Below, one piece after another: positions 19,888 through 31,119 of a DNA stretch of 64,000 nt (position 1 is its first letter; each line of letters starts with the position of its first letter). The translations under genes and the position numbers were made by a program. The notes under the pieces are model-generated. The model made no database searches. It had not been told where the DNA came from and saw nothing but the letters and a program-made list of their open reading frames with translations. The DNA comes from Spizellomyces punctatus DAOM BR117 (taxonomy: Eukaryota): assembly GCA_000182565.2 (NCBI GenBank), contig KQ257450.1; one strand, 5' to 3'.

Positions 19888-21013
19888 TCGCATCCGCAAG
19901 GTTCACATAGTATAAAACTTTGGGCAACGCTTCCGCAACCGAGCGGATGCGCTACAGATGATTGAAATGAAGCATATATTATATATCCAAGTCGGAGGCC
20001 TAGTGGCAGGAGAGGAGATCCCCTACTGAATGAGCTAGGCTCTGCCGCGACGGCACAGTGGCGGTTTATGGATACTTTACGAGGTGCAGCTGTCGCGCAG
20101 CGACGGGAAGGAACCTTCCGATATGCGTTTGAACTTGGAGCGAAACCTTCCTGGTAAGGTACTCTCAAATTTTCCATTTGTTCATAAGCTTCTAATCGAT
20201 GGCTCAAATGAAATCGAGAGCTTGACTTACTAGCCTCGCCGTGTAAATCTTAATAGGGATTGTAGCTCTCATGGCACCTTCATGTTGTGAAGGTTAAGAG
20301 TCTGGCCCGAATGATGGGCTGGGAGGGCAGGTTTGGCTATACTGGTCACAGCCAAGCCTTCCCAGTACGGCCCACCATTGTTGCGACGAACATTGAGCGG
20401 AACGTACCCGTTTCTAAGATGTAAATGCCAAATATGCAAGATCATCCAACCAAACCTCTGAATCTACACATCCATATTCCCTGACGGAAATAAATGCTGT
20501 TGTCCTTGCTGCCTCCAATGACGGTAGATTATGGTCTTAGATCGCACCCCGTAGACCAATTATAAGTAGTGAAAATTGCCCAGAGAAGATTATGGTATCT
20601 CGTATGGCAGGTGTACGATTGCAAATCCTGTAATAAAGTTCCAGATCAGGATCCAAAAACGAGCCTAACCTTCTGTTGAAGACAGTCAAATTCACTACAC
20701 ATAACTAGACTGCTATGCAAGCCATCTTGAGTTTGTCATTGCTATCTTTTTCCCTTTTCTCTGCACCGAGCATGGTGAAATAATATTCGATGGGTGATTT
20801 TCTATTTTAAGGTGCAGAGGACCCATTCACGCCCTCTTTTCCAGAATCTAATCCTGTCCACACTTGCTTCTGACAATGCCTTCCAGAACCCTCAAACGCG
20901 CCTGTTGGTATAAGAAACCATCATGGCTGACAGAGGGAAACCTCGTTAGACTGCAGCCATTCTGATACCGCAACCAAGAGTGCCCGAGTTCATCTAACAA
21001 ATTATCATTCAAC

Positions 21014-22827
21014 ATGGCACCTCAATACCAGGATGTTTCGTTAGCGCCCGTCGTAGACTCGAAAGAAAGCATGGAACGAGAGATTGAAGCCTATGCCGAG
21101 CATATTAGGAACCTGTTTGCAGATGTTCCCGCCCTTAAGCCAAAGGTGGGCTTTATAGCAAAGAATCAGTGGCTTATCGTATATGGAATGGTGCATTGCT
21201 AACTCTGGGAGATATCTGTTATAGTATATCCCCATAACCAGAGAGACCTTTTTTACCGCATTCCAGGATGGCATTCTTCTTGCCCATATAATCAATGAGA
21301 TTAAGGCTAAATCAGTCAACATCCAAAAGCTGAACACGCACGTCAACCCGGAGCACCTCGCTCCCCCAGCAAAGGCAGACAATGTTCCCCAAGAACACAC
21401 CAAAGACCTTTTTGAAGCGACAAATAACCTCAACATTTGTCTTGATGCCGCACGTAATGTAGCGGTCGTGGTGAACGTTGCTGCTGAAGACTTCCTTCGA
21501 AAGAAGCCTGATCTGGTCCTTGGGGTTGTTTGGCAGTTAATTCGTGCCCATCTGCTTTCAGATGTGAATCTCCCGTCTCACCCTGAGCTGATTCGCCTAT
21601 TGGAACCAGGGGAGAGCTTGACTACGTTAATCGGACTGACAAATGATCAGGTCCTGTTGAGATGGTTCAATTATCACCTCGCCCGGTCGGGTGCATCCAA
21701 GCGCATTCAGAACTTTGGCAAAGATGTGACAGACTCGGAGGCATACCTTTTGTTACTCAGGCAAGTTGCCCCTGGGCATCGAAAGGATGCGACGGATGAG
21801 TTGGAGGCGGCATTGAAAATTCCTGCAACGGAGAAAGAAGCGAGAGCTAAAGCGGTCTTGGAGGCCGCTGAAAGACTGGGTTGCAGAAAGTTCGTTACCG
21901 TCGCCGATATATGCAATGGCCACGCGAGGTTGAATCTGGCGTTTGTGGCCACCGTTTTTGGAAAGCATATTGGAATCCATCTCCCTACCGAGGAACAAGC
22001 CAGAGAAATCATTGACGAGGTCGCTGTACTGAAGGCTCGTATCGCTCAATTAGAAGAAACTGTCGCGACCCAGGCCAATGAACTCACTGCCGAAAGAGCT
22101 GCCCACAACGCTAGTGTAGCAGATTTGGAAAACAAACTCGCTTCCGAAACAACCAGGCTAGAATCGGCCTTGGAAGAACTTCGGAAGGCGAAAGAGCAAG
22201 ACACAGAAACGTACACCAGTCAAGTCGCGGAACTTCAGGCCCGATTTAATGCTCTCAAAGACGAGCAGGTCCGCTCAGTAGAGTCCCAGCAAGCTTTCCG
22301 CAAGCATGTTGGCACACGACTTGGCATGGTCCGATCCATGCTGCAGGATCATATGGTTGCTGTCAAGCAAGACAGCTCTCTTGCTGCAAAGCTCGGCAAA
22401 TTGCTTGGCTCTAACGCAAACAGCCCCGAAAGAAACGATACACCTCCTCCACCGGCTGCGACAAAGGAGCCGGGTACAATGGAAGAAGAACTGGAATACT
22501 TGTCGGATGATCTCCAAGCTTTTGTCAAGGAAGTTTTGGATGAGAACAGGGAGCAAAAGAAGATTATTTTGGTTCTTGCGACTCGAACTGAGCAGAATGA
22601 AAAGGTATGATTTTGACTTTTGTCAAAATTTCATATACCGATGACTGACCCTTTTAAAGATCAATTCCATGATGGGCGACAAGATTCGAGAATACACGGA
22701 ACACCAGATTGCCTTGAACCCTATCAAGGAAAAGAAGCACAAAGAGCACAAAGAAAAGGAGCACAAAGAGAAAGAGCACAAGGAGCCAAAAGAGCACAAA
22801 GAGGGCAAAGGGGTGAAGGCCAAATAA
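21014..22827 (+). CDS. Fimbrin/plastin-type tandem CH actin-binding domain + coiled coil + basic tail (multi-exon)
   Basis: FQDGILLAHIINEI, LVLGVVWQLIR, HPELIRLL, LLRWFNYHL, DSEAY, RLNLAFVA; introns near 21145-21224 and 22604-22659; last exon has KEHKEK repeats. Confidence 0.85.
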
Positions 22828-23338
22828 TAGATGTTGATCTGGTAGGCAGTCATAACAATAGTCGTAATGTATTCACAGAAATAGTAATATCAGTAAAGAG
22901 TACTTTATCGCCATGTCCTATTCCCTTATACGAATTGCGTCTCTCATTTCTCTTGTGTGATATGCTGATGCTCCAGGCACTAAGAAGCAAATGAAATAGA
23001 CATGCTTGTAGAGATCATGGCAACCGTAATAGCCTGTTGCGGACGGGCAAAAGAATGGTACACGGATAGATGGTAGTGGTCCACTAACATCAGCACGAGA
23101 TTAGATCGCGGACGAAGTGGATAAGCGGGCGCCGCGACAGAACTGCTTCCGATGAGGTAACCTGTGGATTCCGGAGGGTCGGAGGGTAAAGTGAAAAGTG
23201 ATATATCATCCTATCGGGGCAAGCGGGCGGGAATGGTAGGTCGTTTGTATCAGATTTTCCGGTCGCATCAGTCTACCGCCCGTAGTGTCATGCAGATGTT
23301 ATGGCCGTTTGCCAGATTGCTTTAACATGATTGATTCA

Positions 23339-24397
23339 TTATATTAATGAAAAGAGATTTTCGCCCAGTTCCGCATCGAGTCCGACAAGCATCTCATTAA
23401 GGAACGTTCGCATAATAGGTGTGTCCATAGCTGCTGCCCTTATCACTATCCCCGTGATGTCACCAACCGCCAACGGCAAAGGGGACGCAGACCATATTAA
23501 AGACTGTATCGAAGAGCTCACTGCACATCCCCCAGAACCGGAGGCAGTAATCAAGACTTTGTCGAATGCGTTCATGGCCGCTGCGACAAGGTTGCTCACA
23601 CGATGTCCCGCCAAAATCAGATTAGCAAAACAGTGGTAGGGTTCCACACGCTCCTTATAGGTATGTTGGTCCCCCGTCTTTGGATTACATGCACTGTCCT
23701 TTTCATCGTCTAAGAGCCATGCGTCGCGCAATATCAGTTTGGCAGATGATTGAGCCGCATCGCCTTCCACCCATATTTCATTAACTGAAGCGTACCGATC
23801 AAACTGCCAAGCCTCCCCTCTACTCTTTCGTCCGGAGGTGAACCAATCTAGTAAAACCAACGATGCGCCCTGTTCTAGACGGAACACTTGCCGTTGGTTG
23901 TAGGAAGCGTCTGCAAAACATGTTACGGGCTCAGGGAGAACGGCCAACAGAGCGTTACGGGAGATTCTTGCCGAAAGTGTCTGAACAACATTTGTCGGTG
24001 GGGAAATTTGTGTGACTATTTCGTCAAGGGAGCTTGCCGTCGGCCTCTGACGGAACACTTTTGTTGAAGATTGTGTCAGCAATGACATGGCACAGTCTTC
24101 GTCAACCTTTACGGTTAGAGATATCCTATCACCGCTGACAAGACCGCCACCATATGTTAGGACATAAACAGACACATGATTTGGCGTGTGAGCGCGGGGG
24201 GAAACAAGACGTAGAGGGTATGTGTATGTGAGGGTAGATAATGTAACCTTGCAGTTGACTCGGCAGCAGTGAACCGTGCCCGATCCTTGAACATCTTGTA
24301 TTGTCGTGGTCATTGGATGGGGAACGGAACACTCAACATCATGATGGGACTGCCATTTTGGCTGTGCCCCTGCAATTTGACTATATATGGACGACAT
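23339..24397 (-). CDS. ureD: Urease accessory protein UreD
   Basis: YTYPLRL, YGGGLVSGD, LTQSSTKVF, LPEPVTCF.DASYNQRQ, LLDWFTSGR..RGEAW. Confidence 0.92.
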   Translation of the reverse strand: MSSIYSQIAGAQPKWQSHHDVECSVPHPMTTTIQDVQGSGTVHCCRVNCKVTLSTLTYTYPLRLVSPRAHTPNHVSVYVLTYGGGLVSGDRISLTVKVDEDCAMSLLTQSSTKVFRQRPTASSLDEIVTQISPPTNVVQTLSARISRNALLAVLPEPVTCFADASYNQRQVFRLEQGASLVLLDWFTSGRKSRGEAWQFDRYASVNEIWVEGDAAQSSAKLILRDAWLLDDEKDSACNPKTGDQHTYKERVEPYHCFANLILAGHRVSNLVAAAMNAFDKVLITASGSGGCAVSSSIQSLIWSASPLPLAVGDITGIVIRAAAMDTPIMRTFLNEMLVGLDAELGENLFSLI

Positions 24398-24808
24398 AAG
24401 AGCCCACGGCCCTCGTCAGGCTCGTCCATGACAAGAAGGAGACTCGACGTTGGTCGCAACGGCGAAGAGCGATTGCACAAGTCAAGTTCACAGCCAGAAC
24501 CCGAGGCTATTTGCTGATACAGCTGTGCATACAGCATATCACGCAGCTGTTACCATGTACCCTTGTCCGGAGCCCTAATGACTTTCTGACATTGCTCTGC
24601 TCCACACAAAGTAGCATAGACTTATTTCTTTACCAATATACTGTAGCGTCTGCGCTTACCATCTGCTTTCTCATCTTGGAATGGCAGACCTTGCTTAAGA
24701 ATGATGATGTAAACCTCCAGGTATTGCAGATTACTAGCGTACTTGAGGGGTGGCACAGCTACACATGGTGCCGGGATTGCCAGTGGATGAGCTCGTCGTC
24801 TGCCGCCA

Positions 24809-26237
24809 ATGTCCTTGCTGATCGTCAACGTAAAGTGCCTGACAAACAACAAGACCATCCAGCTCACAAGTGGCAGGAATATTTTGGGAAGAAACAATGA
24901 AGCTCTCGGCTTGCAGAACGAACCCAAGTTGGTAGTTTCCATTTCACAAATACAATTGAAATAAACCTCGCCATACCGCTGCTGGAACATTGAAGAGCTC
25001 AAACCTCATGTGTCATTGGCTTCAGACTCAGCAGAAAACAGCTCGACGTCCACGTAGACGCTCAAACCAAGAAAGTCACTGTTGAACGAGTGGGTCTGAG
25101 TGCGAGTGAGACTGTGAGGAAAATTCATGTAACGGTATATTGATGCAGATCTATCAGTTAGGAACGAACGTCTCCCAACTTAATGGACGTGTTATCCCAA
25201 AAAATCAACCTGTTGAAGTCGCAAATGGAGATTGCGTGACCCTGGTTATCAATGCCTATCCATGCGTATTTTCCATTGTAGAGGCACCTTTCTCTTCGGA
25301 TCCGCTGACTTCCCAGGCTGATCCTTTGACCCTCCGAATACCACCTCCTGTCGCCAAGCGGCGACCTTTGGTAGAGATTCGTGAATCCGATGTAGATGCG
25401 GATTCCGACGATGCATTGGATGGGGTAGGAAGACTATGGCCTGAGGACTTTTCAGACGAGTCCGATGACGTATTTGGATCCGGAGTAGAAGAATTATCAG
25501 AAGAAGAGCCAGAAGAGCAGCCTCAGGTGACGAAACGTCCCAAATTGAAGCCCGTATCTGAAGGAACCTCCAAAAGCAATAGACAATCGCGTGCCAAAAG
25601 AGACCCTGCAGTCACTACCACTACACAAGGAGGAAGTAAAAGAAAGGACGGTCGCAAACGGCAAGGCGGGCGCCGAGTTACTGCATATGGGCTTTTCTCC
25701 AAAGAAGTGCGTGCGCAACTGAAGAAAGACTACCCAGGGCAACCGGTAACAGCCATCACAAAACTGGCCAAGAGACGATGGTTTGAGCTACCAGACGAGG
25801 AACGAGAGGTACGTGGGAGGAGCGATTGATCCTGGACATGACGTACTAAGTCTACTGTATAATTGTAGATCTTTGAAGCGAGAGCCAGGCAACATAACGC
25901 TATTGTGGAGGAAGGCGCGGACATTAAGGAAGAGGATCGGCAGTCCGATGATAACTCGCCTAATGAGGATAGTGCTCAGATGCGCACGTACAGCGAGAGC
26001 AGATCATCTGCCGCTGGGAGCGACGTTCAACAGGAAGAGGCATTGAGCATATTGGCTGAAGAGGAGGAACAAAATCAAACCCATATTCCACGGGATATCG
26101 GGTTCGATTTGAGTTTGCCTGTTCCTTCACAGCGAAATACGACGTCTGGTACAAGTTCGGGGATTACAACTCCGGTCACAGCAAGCAGACCTCTGACAAA
26201 TGCGCTCCTGATGTGCGAATCCGATGAAGACGAATGA
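24809..26237 (+). CDS. FHA domain + HMG-box protein (multi-exon)
   Basis: Exon 1 MSLLIVNV...ILGRNN and exon 2 LSRKQL, then LGTNVSQLNG (PNKP/aprataxin-like FHA); HMG box RRVTAYGLFSKEVRAQLKKDYP...LAKRRWFELPDEER. Confidence 0.75.
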
Positions 26238-26541
26238 TAAGCGTATTTGTGTCAGAATCCGTCCGCATTCACCGTGTAATATATTATGCTCTATTTCCCT
26301 CATATACATCTTTTTACATACTCATTTCCTTCTGGGCGTCACATAAACTACGGGTCAACGAGTAAGGCTTGGAAACATCAAATTTGAATCAGATCTCGAT
26401 AATCTTACCTTAGCACCTTAACAACATTCATATTGAAAAATGACCGACAACAATATGCGACATGCTATTTTCCTGTTCTCCCTCCCACGCTGTATATCTC
26501 GATATTCCACACCTGACATCCGGAGTACTACTTACATAGCT

Positions 26542-29183
26542 TCATTGACTATTATTCGCCTTATTCGCATTGGCCCGCTTCACCGCCCTGACAATCTCAG
26601 TAGAAACTTCATCCACCAATCCCCAATATGGGCCAGCGTTTAGTTCTCTACTGAACATATTCATATGCGCTGCAATCTCATCTGAGCAATCACTACTGAC
26701 AGGGCGAAAGAGGTGGCAGTAGGTTTGGGGTGGCGGGACAATAAAGGTGGACTGAGGTTGGGGACCTGGGATGGGACGAGATGACGCCAATCGGGCGGCT
26801 AGATTGATGGCAGTTGTGGATTGTGGGGCTGTCGGTTTTGATGATGCACTTGGTTCTGGTGATTGATTACTAGAACGAGAGGCTGCCAATTGTGCTGCCA
26901 AGGCCGTGGCAACCGATGACTTTGGTGGCTTCGGCTGCTCGTTTGAGCGTTCGACTTCTTCAATTACTTGCTCTGCTACATCTGATGGTGTAGACGATGT
27001 TGCGTCCAAATCCATAGCATCGTCATCCGATATGCTCCCTCCAACAACTTCTTTCAGGCGACTCTTTAGTCGCTCCTCGCTTGATTTTGCGATTACAGTT
27101 TTTTCTTGATCCTTTGAAGTGTTGGCCACCGTTTTCTTAAGAGCATCATCCGTCATTACATCTTTCGTTGGGTTGAGGCTTACAGGCACAGGTTGGGCGG
27201 GAGTAACAGGAAGTGGCAACTAGACAAGGTGCATGTAAGAACATAACCGATGTTAAACGTTTGAAGCAACACGGTGTCAGTCCACCTACTTCAACAAAAA
27301 AACACTTGAATCCGATACGGCCTGTTTCCACCTCGGCCTTGATATCCTCTATCCGCTTGGACAGCGCCTTTGTACTTTCTCCCCACAGCGGATACAAAAA
27401 CTGCAAATGCTGGCGCGCTTCTTCAGCATGCGACAAGGCATAAGCAACGGCCACCCGTCGCACAACCGGTCCGGCGTATAAAAGGCCTCCCGAATAGTAT
27501 GCACCTGCGGCAATGGCTGCACCAGCAAGCCCCAGACGGACCCAGGGCGTCCAGTCAGTGTCTTGTGGAAGGGGTAAAAGCCCGACCGCACTTGCCGAGG
27601 CGTTGGTAGAGGATTCCGCCGGTGCAGGCGAAGGAAGAAGGTCATCACCGGCTGCACCAGCAGGCGGCGGAGTTTCGGATACAGGAGAATTGGGTTCGCT
27701 TTTAGCATGCTCTACGGCCACCGTGGCAGCAGCAACCGCGGCGGCGAAGACAACACTTTCATCTTGCAGTTCCTTTGGGGTTTGTACGTCTGACTGGGAT
27801 AATTGGACCCTAACTTCTTCTATCGAAGTTCCGGCAACAATCATATGACCTCCAGACGTGTCTGCTTCTTGCGGAGAGTTAGCTGCATTATCAGTTTCTG
27901 CGCTGACGGTGGCGTCTCCTTTGGCTTCCGAGTCATTGGCAGTATTTTTGGACGAGAAGAGCGAAGGGATATATGCTACAGACTGCAGAGCAGACGATCC
28001 GAGTTGCAATGTCGCACCAGGCAAAGCTGTCACCGCCTGCACACTCATGTGAAGTCCCTGTGTTGCGGCTCCTGGGAGTGCCGCAACCGCACCTGGCAGG
28101 GCCCCAACGAGACCTTGAGTGGCCTCTGGGATCGATCCGACTGCTCGCGCACTGTAGCGTAAGGCCTGAGAAGCCACCTGCGGAATCGCTCCAACAGCCT
28201 GCGTTCCAGCCTGCACTCCTGCCCCTACAGCTTGGGGTATCGCTTGAAGCGCTGATCCTATCGGTATGGGAGGCGCAGGAATTGACGGCATGGGAGGAAC
28301 ATAATTAGATATGACATTCGCAGCACGAGATCCCGCGGCGGCTGTGTAGACACGGGAGTGAAGCCCAAAAAAGGGCGTATCAAAAGTTATAATAGAAATA
28401 ATATTGACCGGAGGACGTTTACGGTTGGAGGTGTCCGGTGGCGGAAGCAGTGGGGTGGAAGCTAAAGCATCACTAACGACGCTGTGATCCGCTGACACAT
28501 CATGCGATGATGATTCTAGCGCTGGTTCGGCCCGCTGATGCGGATCGTCTTCCGTAGCAGATGACAAATCTTCATTGTGTCGCATTTCGGTCGGAACGGC
28601 TCCGATTACCGAATCGGCAGAAAGACCGCCAGTTTCCGTCCCTTTCACTTCTTTTGTGCCCGCGCTGGAGTTCGCCGTCTGACTTTGACCGCCTCGCGGC
28701 CACCAAGATCCCAAAGCGCCGAACCATGAATTTGATTTTGACGTTTGCTCCCCTTCCTTGTCGTGCTTGACATCTTTTGGTACTCCTGCCTCTGCATCTA
28801 TAAGTCCATATATCTTCCGATATGCGTCTACAACCATCAGGCCACCCATAGAGTGTCCTAATATCACACAACTTTCATACTCGGGTTCGGCTGCATTCAG
28901 AAGAAGCCAATTGCACAGTTGGTTCACAGCGCGCGTGGGGTCACCCTTCGTGTCAAAGCGAGGAAATATCCGTGCTTCTACATTGCGCAACTTGTGTATT
29001 GTCCGGAGAGTTTGGGTAACATCGTAGGGAAATGTCTCAAATGAATGTTCGCTGCCCTGCATTCAAGGCACGTTAGTCAATGGAGCCTGATAATCTCGCG
29101 GGTAGACAAGATATACTAACCAAGAAACCATGTACAAAGAGAATGAGGGTTTTGGGCTCGTGTATTGAGGGCGCATATGACAT
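26542..29183 (-). CDS. Alpha/beta-hydrolase fold (DUF676/lipase-like) protein (multi-exon)
   Basis: Exon 1 MSYAPSIHEPKTLILFVHGFL; nucleophile elbow GHSMGG; IITFDTPFFG; C-terminal DEIAAHMNMF. Confidence 0.8.
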
Positions 29184-29510
29184 TGTGGTTGCTGCAACTC
29201 CACAAAGAGGCAACTCTTCCTTGTGCTTCCCTCCAAGAATCTGAGAGTCCACGACGAGAAGCTATTCCTGTGGGTGAGGTACAATTCCTTCAGTTCACCA
29301 CACTGGATTTCAGTCCCACGTAAGCTCAAAAATACGGTGATGACCTGCGCCAGTTCGACTGCTGATCTTTGAGCCAGGTGTGATGACATGCGTGTTGACG
29401 ACACATTCGAAGCGATTCAAATGCACATTGGGTCTCTTTCTCGGCAGCTTTTTGAAGGGTTGGTGATCTTTCAATTTCAATTGCCATTGCAAGCCGTCCA
29501 AACTGCCGAT

Positions 29511-31119
29511 ATGCCTCACCGTCTGCCGGTTCACAAGCTTCTACACCTTCCCAACGAAAACGATGCAATCCTTTTGGTCTATGGTTCATATTTTTCCATA
29601 GTTTCGTCAAGGTTGGTGTACGCGAACTATGAGCTGCTATCTCACCAAATGCTAACGCCGGTAACGCTATAAACAGTACGGGACAACTTCTCTTTTCTCC
29701 AAACGAACCTACGAACGGAAACATTCGCGCCCTAGCATATCACCCTGAAACCCGACACTTGGCAGTAGCAACTGAGACAAAAGAGTTGGACGTCTGGGAT
29801 ATTGGAACGTATCAAAAAGTTAGCTCGAGGTGAGATTGAAGCAATCCAACCTGCAAACTGGCAACGTATCCCAATGGTGGGCCTTTTGTGTTTACGTAGA
29901 ACGACCATCAAACGGGCGAACTGCCTGGAATTTTCGAGGGACGGTGAACGGGTGTTATGTGGGGACAAGTTTGGGGACGTTTACAGGTGTGATCGATATG
30001 ATACTGCGTCTTTTTTCTATCTAATTATATTAACAAGATTTTACTTAAAAGTTTCAAATCATCTGATGCGACAGATAAAGAATCGCTCATGCTGGGGCAT
30101 GTGTCAATGCTCACTGCGATGGTAAGGGGAACTGCCTTGCTTCTCCAATGCACGAGACGCATTTTATTCACAGAATGGCGCCAACATGCAGGCAATAACG
30201 CCGGACGGCAAGCATATTATCACGGCGGATCGAGACGAGAAAATACGTGTCTCACGGTACCCACTGTCTTTCGACATTGTACAATTCTGTTTGGGACACA
30301 AAGAGTGAGTGATTATATGGTCTTGTTATTAGTTATCCATTCTAAAAGTGTTCATTGCAGATTTGTATCCGCGATCCATGTTTTGCCTTTCGCTTCTGAA
30401 ATCCTGGTTTCTGGAGGAGGCGACCCCTTCCTGTGTGTATGGGACTACATGAACGGTAAACTGCTGCAACAGATACCAATAGGAGAGGAGGGATCTGTGG
30501 TGATAGCTATCAAAAGTTGCAAAAGTACAAGGATGTTGGGTGTCCTTCTTGAAGGGTGAGTTATATGTTCCAGACGTAATAAGATCTCAACGAGTTTCTC
30601 AAAATCAGATTCTGATAGGCGATCCGAAGTGTTATTGTTTAACGCCCAAAATCCCACCAATATCCTTCTGGCCCAGAAGCTCGACATTGGAAGACCTGCC
30701 CTTGATATTGCGTTTGATTCTGCTGGAAACTTGTGGATTGCGCACGAGCCGACAGAGAACGGCGATTTGCTTTCTCTCTCAAGGGTGATTGGAGAAACAG
30801 TATGTACTACCGCATGGTTTACTGTTTGAAAATGTCTCTATTAACATCGTGACAAGTTTCAGTTAAATATGGGGGATACGTTGGTTCAAGCCTTCAATGA
30901 AAAGGGTACTCCGTCAGGTACTGCCCCTCGTTTGTCGATTCGAAATTGCCCATTGATACTTAACAACCTTCTATTCTGGCCATAGTGGAAACCTTACCCG
31001 AGTACCACGCAACAAGCAAACTTCGTAAAAGTGGACAAGCTCCACCGCCGCGAATAGATAAGCGGAAGGGGGGCAATAACGCGGGAAGCGGGGCAGAGCA
31101 AAAAAAAATAAAAGTGTAG
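29511..31119 (+). CDS. TRM82: tRNA m7G methyltransferase non-catalytic WD40 subunit (Trm82/WDR4), multi-exon
   Basis: KRAN..., [43 protein letters not shown]; ends approximate. Confidence 0.9.
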
